A stretch of DNA of 64,000 bases from an uncultured Chloroflexia bacterium (GTDB lineage Bacteria > Chloroflexota > Anaerolineae > Anaerolineales > UBA4823): the NCBI GenBank assembly GCA_963822175.1, contig CAWGGJ010000008.1, positions 640,388 through 704,387 of the forward strand, given 5' to 3'. Under the pieces are notes generated by a model that was not told the DNA's origin, made no database searches, and saw nothing but the letters and a program-made list of their open reading frames with translations. Shown one piece after another: positions 57,089 through 64,000 of the stretch. The position numbers and the translations under genes were made by a program. Every line of letters begins with the position of its first letter. Position 1 is the first letter of the stretch.

Positions 57089-58593
57089 TTGGTTTCTGCC
57101 TGAATGACCTGAATGCGGATCGGTAAGTATGGTAAACGAGGCCACCAGCTGGGTGTCAGCCTGACCTGGGTGTGTTCATCCAATGGAAAAGTATTATTTA
57201 GGATTTCAATAGCCAATGGGATTGATAACCCCTTGACCAGATCTGTAGCTTGGCCTGCAGGGATATCGGGTTGAACTTGCCGCTTAGCCTGAAGTGTCCA
57301 TTGAGCATTTCCATCTTCACCAAGCGAGGGTGTGGTTAGTGGTTTTAGTTCCAAAGTCTCTGGGATGGGTGTATATTTTGAAAGTATGTTTGCATCCATA
57401 ATGGGAACAACCAGGCTGCGTAAGACTTCTCCTGAAACTACCTGGGTTTGAAACTTCAGGCGCATCCGCAGGTCAAGCTGTTTACCAGGCTCACCCACAC
57501 CAGGAGTATAAAATTCCTCCAATTTTTCCACAATTCTTATAGTGGGTGTGATGACCATATCCTCAGAGGGTAGTTTCGATTGGATTTGTGTCAAGGCATC
57601 TTTGGTTAATATTTCGCTTAAACTTTCACGGAGCATACGTAAATCCAGATTGTTTGGCGTAGGAACTGGAGCATCGGAACCTCCGTGAGATGCTAATAGG
57701 TTGGTTACAGATAATTCTAATCCTAAATCTCCCTCGATTGCCACCAGCGAATTTGGGGGTAAGTTGCCGGATACACCGGGTTGAACTGCATGTGCGCTGA
57801 GGTTGACTGATTCACCAGGATCGACAGTAATGCTATCCTTTGATGAAGTTATAAACCGTATGGGTTCGTTACCAAGTGTGGTTACTACTGTTCCGACCGG
57901 AATATTTTGTTTTTGGTTGGAATTATTCGTAAAACGAAGAGTTGCAACGGATACCTGATCTGGAATAATCGTTGTACCGGTTGTCCTACGGCTATCACGT
58001 CCTTCCACGACCACTTCAAGGGTGTATACAGGAACATTTCCCGTAGAAAGGTTGACAGTTTTTAAGGATGGATCAGCACTAAGTGATAAAGTGATGGATT
58101 GGTAATCGGTTGCCGGGTACAGTACAAGCGTGGCACTGGGTAGAATAAAAATCGCCAAAATAAACAAGGCAAGCACACTTAATCCAAAACTAGTCAATTG
58201 GATTGTTGGGTGTTTTAACCAGGAAGTAGATTGCGGTTGAACTAATTTGCCAAGGTCTTCTCTACGAGTCTGTGTTTCACGAAGATGTAGGTCCAGGTTT
58301 TTTCGTCTACCGATTCGCCAATGAGACTCCTGCGCACGGCGGGGGCTTTCGAAGACCGGGATTCCAATCTCCTGAGCGATAAATCGTACTTGTGAAGATC
58401 GAGAGACGAGAGCCAATTGAGCTCCAAGCGTGTTGGCGTGACGATTGACCAGATTTAGCTCAAGGTGTGTCTCAAGTACATGCCCCTCCCTTGGCCAAAC
58501 CAAGAGTATCCGCCCAGTTTGACTCCAGCTCATCTTATCACGAACCGAGATGTAATCATCATTCTTATTGAGCTGGATGATTTGGGTTTTCAC
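57085..58593 (-). CDS. Hypothetical single-pass membrane protein with possible baseplate-J/gp47-like domain
   Basis: The 502-aa ORF has one TM helix (LTSFGLSVLALFILAIFIL). The segment AVQPGVSGNLPPNSLVAIEGDLGLELSVTNLLASHGGSD resembles the conserved core of baseplate J-like proteins. This is recalled from memory, not verified. Confidence 0.6.
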   Translation of the reverse strand: MKTQIIQLNKNDDYISVRDKMSWSQTGRILLVWPREGHVLETHLELNLVNRHANTLGAQLALVSRSSQVRFIAQEIGIPVFESPRRAQESHWRIGRRKNLDLHLRETQTRREDLGKLVQPQSTSWLKHPTIQLTSFGLSVLALFILAIFILPSATLVLYPATDYQSITLSLSADPSLKTVNLSTGNVPVYTLEVVVEGRDSRRTTGTTIIPDQVSVATLRFTNNSNQKQNIPVGTVVTTLGNEPIRFITSSKDSITVDPGESVNLSAHAVQPGVSGNLPPNSLVAIEGDLGLELSVTNLLASHGGSDAPVPTPNNLDLRMLRESLSEILTKDALTQIQSKLPSEDMVITPTIRIVEKLEEFYTPGVGEPGKQLDLRMRLKFQTQVVSGEVLRSLVVPIMDANILSKYTPIPETLELKPLTTPSLGEDGNAQWTLQAKRQVQPDIPAGQATDLVKGLSIPLAIEILNNTFPLDEHTQVRLTPSWWPRLPYLPIRIQVIQAETK

Positions 58594-58727
58594 AAAGGCC
58601 TGTAACTTACGCAGTCTGGATTGGTGATCAATTCTGCGCTGATATCATCCCGGGTGATCGCGTGCTCGAGTGCGAGATGATCGAATCTCATGATTGATGG
58701 TATTCTGCAATCACACTGATAACCTAA

Positions 58728-61472
58728 TCAGGGATGGACTTGTTTTTCTCTCACCCAGGTTTCAACGCCTTCCAGGGCTTGATCCAACTGGGTAGCATCC
58801 TTTCCACCAGCCTGAGCCAGGGAAGGCTTTCCACCACCACCACCACCCAGAGGTGCTGCCACAAATTTAATCAACTCAACAGCATTCAAACCCAGCTTGA
58901 TTAAATCATCTGTGATGGCAGCAACAATCATTGGACGACCATCCTTGACACTGGCCAGGACCGCTACTCCATTTGTTGGATATTGCTGGCGAAAGCGATC
59001 GACCATCTGCCGTAATGTCTCTGTATCTGCGTCATTCAATTTAGTAGAGATTACCCGCACATCACCAATTAATTTGACTTCCAGTAGTTTTTGATCAAAC
59101 TCAACTAAAGTCTGGTTTTGCCGCAAGGCAGCGATTTGCTTGCGTAAACTACTTAAGTCATTTAATATGCTAGTAACTTTTTCTGGAAGAACCTCTGGGT
59201 TGCTTTCCAGTACGTTTGCTACCTGGTTAAGTGTTTTGAAGCGATTTTGTATAAGCTCATAGGCTTTTCGCCCTGTAACTGCTTCAATTCGACGAATTCC
59301 TGCTGCAACACTGCCTTCACTGGTGATGAGGCAGATACCTATATCTCCTGTATCATCCACGTGCGTGCCACCACATAATTCATATGAAAAAGGATGCTCG
59401 CCACCAATGGTGATGGTGCGAACTGTCTCCCCATATTTCTCACTGAATAACGCCATCGCTCCTTCACTAACAGCTTGATTATAGGGTTTTATCCTTGTAG
59501 AGAGTTGAAAATTACCAAGGATATCCTGGTTCACACCAGCTTCTACCTCGGCAAGTTGGCTTGGAGTGACTGCTTCGGGATGGGTGAAGTCAAAGCGCAG
59601 CCGATCCGGTTCAACCAAGGAACCAGACTGGTGGACATGTTCACCGAGCACCCGCCGTAACTCGGCATGCAGTAAGTGAGTGGCAGTGTGGTTGCGCATT
59701 ATATCTCTGCGTCGCTGGATATCCACCGTTGCGATCGCATCATCGCCTACTTTCGGGTTGCCTTTAACCACCTGGCCGACGTGCACAATTACACCAGCTG
59801 CAGGTTTACGCATCTCCTGCACTTCGACTTCCCAATCACCAGTTACAGACATAATGATACCGGTATCAGAAACCTGGCCACCTGATTCAATATAGAAACA
59901 AGAATTAGGCAGGATGATTTCGATTTCATCGCCAGCTTTTGCTTCTTTTACTGGATTGCCACCACTTAGTAAGGCCAATACTTTTCCTGATCCTTCCAAA
60001 CTGCTATATGGATCGTAACTGACTCCATCTTTAGATAGCATCCCTTGATTTTCCAGGTCAGCAATAAGCTGGCGATATATTTCTACATATTCACCGCCCA
60101 TTTCTCCAATGGCCTTGCCACCACCTGATGCCCGGCTGTGTTCTTCCATGTATTGGTCAAATCCAACCTTATCCACATTGAATCCACGTTCACTGACAAT
60201 ATCGCGTGTGATCTCAAAAGGCATTCCGAAGGTAGTGTATAAAATCCCCACATCTATGCCAGGCAGCACATTGTTCCCGGTTTTAATTACCTCATCGAGC
60301 ATATTTTCAAGCTGGGTCATTGCCCGATCCAGTGTTTTTTGGAATTGTTTTTCTTCTTCAGTTATGGTTGATAAGATAGATTTCCGGTTTTGTTTCAGCT
60401 CCGGATAGAAGTCACCATAGCTACGAACCACTACATCCGCTACCTTGGAAAGGAATGGCTCGTTCAATCCAATCTTACCGCCAAAGCGATAAGCCCGGCG
60501 GATGATCATGCGGGTGACATAATTCCGGCCAGTATTTCCTGGAATAACATGGTCTGCGATCAGGAATGCGGCAGCCCTGGCATGGTCTGCAATCACCCGG
60601 TAGGGTGTGAAGTTGGCTTCACGCTGCTCATCTGTTTGCCCGGTGAGCTGTTGGGTTTTCAGGATGAGCGGCCATAACAGGTCTGTTCGATAATTTGAGT
60701 CAACATCCTGAAGTACCGATACGATGCGCTCAAACCCCATCCCTGTATCAACATGTTTTGCAGGTAGTGGTTCAAACTTAGTTTCGCTGAGGCGGTTATA
60801 TTGGATGAAAACCAAATTCCAAAGTTCCAAAAAGCGCAGGCAATCCCCATTCACACGACAAATATGCCCTGGAATCGACTGCTTATCGCAATACTTGATA
60901 CCCCGGTCGAGATGGATCTCACTACATGGTCCACATGGTCCAGTATCAGCCATTTCCCAGAAATTATCTTTGCGCCCAAAGAATAATACCTGTGCTGGGT
61001 TTATACCGGGTTGTCTACACCAGGCTTCAGCAGCTTCATCATCCTGAGGAATATCGCCTTTATCATCACGGAAAACAGTTGTCCAGAGATTTTCTTTGGG
61101 TAATCCCCATACATCAGTGAGTAGCTGCCACGCCCATTCGATGGCTTCGTTTTTATAATAATCGCCAAACGACCAGTTTCCAAGCATCTCAAAAAATGTG
61201 TGGTGGATATTATCTTGTCCAACATCTTCGAGATCATTATGTTTCCCGGCGACACGTACACATTTTTGTGAGTCTGCCGCACGTTTATAAGGTCGTTTAT
61301 CCGTTCCAAGAAATACATCCTTAAACTGCACCATCCCTGCATTGGTAAAGAGCAGTGTTTGATCGCCTCCCGGGACAAGGGACGCAGATGGGACAATCGT
61401 ATGTCCTTGTTCAGAAAAGAAATCTAGAAAATCCTGGCGAATCTGTGCGCCTGTTGGTTTAATGGATACCAT
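58728..61472 (-). CDS. alaS: Alanine--tRNA ligase
   Basis: The 914-aa ORF has class II motifs (FTNAGM, FEMLGNWSFGDY), the editing domain HTATHLL and a C-terminal DHHA1-like domain with GGGGGKP. Confidence 0.97.
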   Translation of the reverse strand: MVSIKPTGAQIRQDFLDFFSEQGHTIVPSASLVPGGDQTLLFTNAGMVQFKDVFLGTDKRPYKRAADSQKCVRVAGKHNDLEDVGQDNIHHTFFEMLGNWSFGDYYKNEAIEWAWQLLTDVWGLPKENLWTTVFRDDKGDIPQDDEAAEAWCRQPGINPAQVLFFGRKDNFWEMADTGPCGPCSEIHLDRGIKYCDKQSIPGHICRVNGDCLRFLELWNLVFIQYNRLSETKFEPLPAKHVDTGMGFERIVSVLQDVDSNYRTDLLWPLILKTQQLTGQTDEQREANFTPYRVIADHARAAAFLIADHVIPGNTGRNYVTRMIIRRAYRFGGKIGLNEPFLSKVADVVVRSYGDFYPELKQNRKSILSTITEEEKQFQKTLDRAMTQLENMLDEVIKTGNNVLPGIDVGILYTTFGMPFEITRDIVSERGFNVDKVGFDQYMEEHSRASGGGKAIGEMGGEYVEIYRQLIADLENQGMLSKDGVSYDPYSSLEGSGKVLALLSGGNPVKEAKAGDEIEIILPNSCFYIESGGQVSDTGIIMSVTGDWEVEVQEMRKPAAGVIVHVGQVVKGNPKVGDDAIATVDIQRRRDIMRNHTATHLLHAELRRVLGEHVHQSGSLVEPDRLRFDFTHPEAVTPSQLAEVEAGVNQDILGNFQLSTRIKPYNQAVSEGAMALFSEKYGETVRTITIGGEHPFSYELCGGTHVDDTGDIGICLITSEGSVAAGIRRIEAVTGRKAYELIQNRFKTLNQVANVLESNPEVLPEKVTSILNDLSSLRKQIAALRQNQTLVEFDQKLLEVKLIGDVRVISTKLNDADTETLRQMVDRFRQQYPTNGVAVLASVKDGRPMIVAAITDDLIKLGLNAVELIKFVAAPLGGGGGGKPSLAQAGGKDATQLDQALEGVETWVREKQVHP

Positions 61473-61485
61473 TTATCACCGTGTG

Positions 61486-61917
61486 CTACTTGAGTTCAGA
61501 AGTGCAATTAGGGCATCGTGTAGCTGGAATTGGGATTTGGGTAAAGCAGTATGGGCACTCTTTTGTGGTAGGTGCTGCCGCGGCGGGTTGCTCTTTCATT
61601 TTATTCATTTGGCGAATAATCATAAAAACTACAAATGCAACAATCAGAAAGTCGATGATGGTATTGATGAACACACCATAATTGATTGTGGGAGCTCCAG
61701 CTGCCTGAGCGATGGCGAGTGATGCGTATTGATTTCCATCTAAAGAAATGAATAAATCAGTGAAGTTTACATTACCCAGCAGCATACCTATCGGGGGCAT
61801 AATGATGTCATTGGTAAACGAGGTGACGATCTTACCAAAAGCAGCCCCGATGATCACTGCTACAGCCAGATCAAGAACATTTCCCTTCATTACAAATGCC
61901 TTGAATTCTTTTAACAT
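61486..61917 (-). CDS. mscL: Large-conductance mechanosensitive channel MscL with C-terminal zinc-ribbon tail
   Basis: It has [31 protein letters not shown]...DIIMPPIG. The C-terminus is CPYC...CPNC. Confidence 0.9.
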   Translation of the reverse strand: MLKEFKAFVMKGNVLDLAVAVIIGAAFGKIVTSFTNDIIMPPIGMLLGNVNFTDLFISLDGNQYASLAIAQAAGAPTINYGVFINTIIDFLIVAFVVFMIIRQMNKMKEQPAAAAPTTKECPYCFTQIPIPATRCPNCTSELK

Positions 61918-62041
61918 AACAATTTCCTCCTTAAGATTAACGATTGCTCCAAATATACATAAAATTATAATCTCTAAATTGCGAAAAAAAGATACGAATT
62001 ATTGTTATAACGATTTGTAAATAAAAGAAAATACTTCAGGT

Positions 62042-62070
62042 TTGTGAGAATTTCGGCTGTAGGATATAAT
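62042..62070 (+). promoter_or_regulatory. Sigma-70-type promoter candidate
   Basis: TTGTGA (62042-62047), a 17-nt spacer, then TATAAT (62065-62070). It lies about 29 nt upstream of the ATG at 62099. Confidence 0.4.
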
Positions 62071-62098
62071 CCGTTCGTTATCGACTAAAACAAAGAAC

Positions 62099-63690
62099 AT
62101 GGATCCTATGAAATTACCATCCATTCAAGAGAATAAAAAAAGTTACCTTTACTTTACCGTGTTTTGTGCAGGGATGACCAGCCTGGCGATCGAGTTTGGT
62201 GCTGCACGGTTATTGGGTAATACCTTTGGGACAAGCAACCTGGTTTGGGCAAGCATCATTGGGCTGATCTTGATTTACTTGACTTGTGGGTATTTTATCG
62301 GTGGGTACTGGGCAGATAGGTCACCAAAACTTAAGACCATGTATGGGATCCTGGCCTGTGGTGCTTTTGCTGCCGGATTGGTGCCTTTTATTGCCCGCCC
62401 GGTGTTACGCTTAGCCGCAGATGCATTTGACCAGCTTAAAGTGGGTATCCTGTTTGGATCGTTCACGGCAGTGTTGGTATTGTTCGTTATCCCGGTGACG
62501 TTATTGGGGATGATTTCCCCCTTCGCTATCCGGCTGGCCATCGTTGACTCACGCCAGGCAGGGCGAATCTCGGGGCAAATTTATGCAGTATCGACTTTGG
62601 GTTCTTTCATCGGTACTTTTTTGCCGGTCTTAGTGTTGATACCCCTTGTAGGGACGACGATGACATTCCTGATTTTTAGTTTGTTCCTTACCATGGTCGC
62701 ACTGGTTGGTATGTATAAAGCTACTGGCTGGCGAAATACGATTAAATGGATATGGATGCCGATAATTTTATGTTTACTGGGAGTTTTATGGGGGAGTGGA
62801 CCGATCAAGAAAACTGCAGGCGAGATCTATGAGAGAGAATCGTCATATAACTATATCCAGGTGATCGAGAAAGACGGTTATCGCTATTTAAGATTGAATG
62901 AGGGGCAGGGGATTCATTCCATTTGGAACTCAACTGACCTGAATTATGGTGGTCCATGGCAGGAATTCCTGGTTGCCCCTTTTTTAATCAGCCACCTTAT
63001 AATATCAGCCAGGTGAAAAATATGGCAATCATAGGGCTGGCGGCAGGGACGGTTGCCCGGCAAGCAACGGAAGTCTTCGGGAATGTTCCCATCGATGGTT
63101 ATGAAATCGATCCTGCCATCATTGAAGTTGGCCAGAAATACTTCGATATGAATTTACCGAATTTAAATGCCATTGCACAAGATGGTCGGGTAGGCTTGGA
63201 ACAGAGTGAGAAAACCTACTCTATCATCGGTGTGGATGCATATCGACCTCCATATATTCCACCACATCTGACCACCAGAGAATTTTTCCAGGCAGCGAAA
63301 GACCATTTAACAGCTGATGGGGTTTTGGTTGTTAATGTAGGCAGGTCACCAACAGATCGGGCATTAGTCGACCAGATAGCAAGCACAATTCAATCAGTTT
63401 TCCCATCTGTATATATTGTGGATGTACCGGGTTCTTTTAATTCCATGATCTATGCCACACTCCAGCCAACTGATATTCAGAATCTAAATGTGAATCTGGA
63501 GCTTCTAAAAGCAGAAGCAGGTACGGCTGAACTGCTTATGCAATCATTGCAGGTGGCAAAGGATAATCTTCAACCCACGCCCCCCAAGAGCGTGGTATAT
63601 ACTGACGACTGGTCACCCATTGAATGGGTGACAAACAGCATGATCCTGAGCTATGTTATGTTTGGGAATCTGGAAGAGATTGGACATTAA
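62099..63690 (+). pseudogene. Fused polytopic-membrane / spermidine-synthase-like (aminopropyltransferase fold) protein, frame broken
   Basis: The N-terminal ORF 62099..63016 (about 7 TM helices, then YNYIQV...YLRLNEG) and C-terminal ORF 62956..63690 (IIGLAAGT, GYEIDP, IGVDAY methyltransferase-fold motifs) sit in adjacent frames. The junction is at the C4T6 run 62976-62985. Confidence 0.8.
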
Positions 63691-63725
63691 ATGACAACAA
63701 ACATCCTGAATGATAAGGCGCTGAA

Positions 63726-64000
63726 ATGAAAACTCTGTATAAAATTCTATCTTGGATCGTTGCATTGATCCTTCCAGTAGTGATCGTGTTATCGGTTGTT
63801 CGATTGGTGATTAATCCATGGTACCTGGAATTCGAATACCATACACCTGGATTTCCAGCAGATCCTTATGGATTTAGCTTACAAGATCGCTTGACTTATG
63901 GAAGGTATGCGGTTGATTACTTGGTCAATTCAGCAGGAATTTCTTATCTAGGTGACCTACATTTTCCAGCAGGGCAACAAGCCCCAGAGACATCATGCCA
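63726..64000 (+). CDS. Hypothetical membrane protein, 5' part only (runs off the window)
   Basis: ATG 63726 begins MKTLYKILSWIVALILPVVIVLSVV..., an N-terminal TM helix. It may belong to the TIGR01906/DUF1461-like family, but that is uncertain. Confidence 0.5.
   Translation, partial: MKTLYKILSWIVALILPVVIVLSVVRLVINPWYLEFEYHTPGFPADPYGFSLQDRLTYGRYAVDYLVNSAGISYLGDLHFPAGQQAPETSC

Noticed and set aside
58593-58691. A 33-codon minus-strand ORF (MRFDHLALEHAITRDDISAELITNPDCVSYRPL) between alaS and the 502-aa gene, whose TGA overlaps the downstream GTG start.
   Set aside because: It has no convincing SD and no recognisable motif. It could equally be untranslated spacer or an artefact of an indel in the 5' end of the downstream gene. 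There is not enough support to call it.

Overview
The window is a dense, mostly housekeeping stretch of bacterial chromosome with about 60 protein genes. I found no rRNA, tRNA, CRISPR array or intact IS element. The recognisable core genes are:
- ssb, nadK, recN, a class-A PBP-like gene, an ECF sigma/anti-sigma pair, polA and rho
- parA-parB and the jag-yidC-yidD-rnpA-rpmH cluster
- mutL, tilS, folC and lon
- the alaS-ruvX-mltG cluster and mscL

The gene content (a sortase with an LPXTG-type substrate, a translin-family protein, many Pro/Thr-rich linkers, TPR and PQQ proteins) suggests a Chloroflexota/Anaerolineae-like organism. That placement is inference only.

The observations most worth a second look are:
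1. A two-domain thioredoxin-fold protein-disulfide oxidoreductase gene has an in-frame TGA exactly where the first Cys of its CPYC motif belongs. An fdhF-like hairpin starts 11 nt downstream. This makes it a candidate selenoprotein (UPYC), and it heads a redox operon with TlpA-like and OsmC genes.
2. One ORF fuses an LPPTG-sorted surface protein to its own sortase.
3. A tightly coupled DUF3467 / translin (C3PO-like) / Cas4-family nuclease operon lies next to ssb. The nuclease carries a transmembrane hairpin.
4. A receiver-like domain fused to an IS200/TnpA-like domain sits directly upstream of polA.
5. A response regulator (CpaE-like) / sirtuin / GAF-histidine kinase operon.
6. Several catalytically degenerate paralogs: a PBP transpeptidase domain and a tyrosine recombinase with no catalytic Tyr.

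Important caveat: at least six conserved genes are broken by single-nucleotide frame changes, and five of these lie in short homopolymer runs. The genes are the Cas4-like gene, recN, an amidohydrolase, yidC, mltG and a spermidine-synthase-like gene. This looks like assembly indel error rather than biology. It weakens any claim here that depends on a gene being split or fused, including the sortase fusion.
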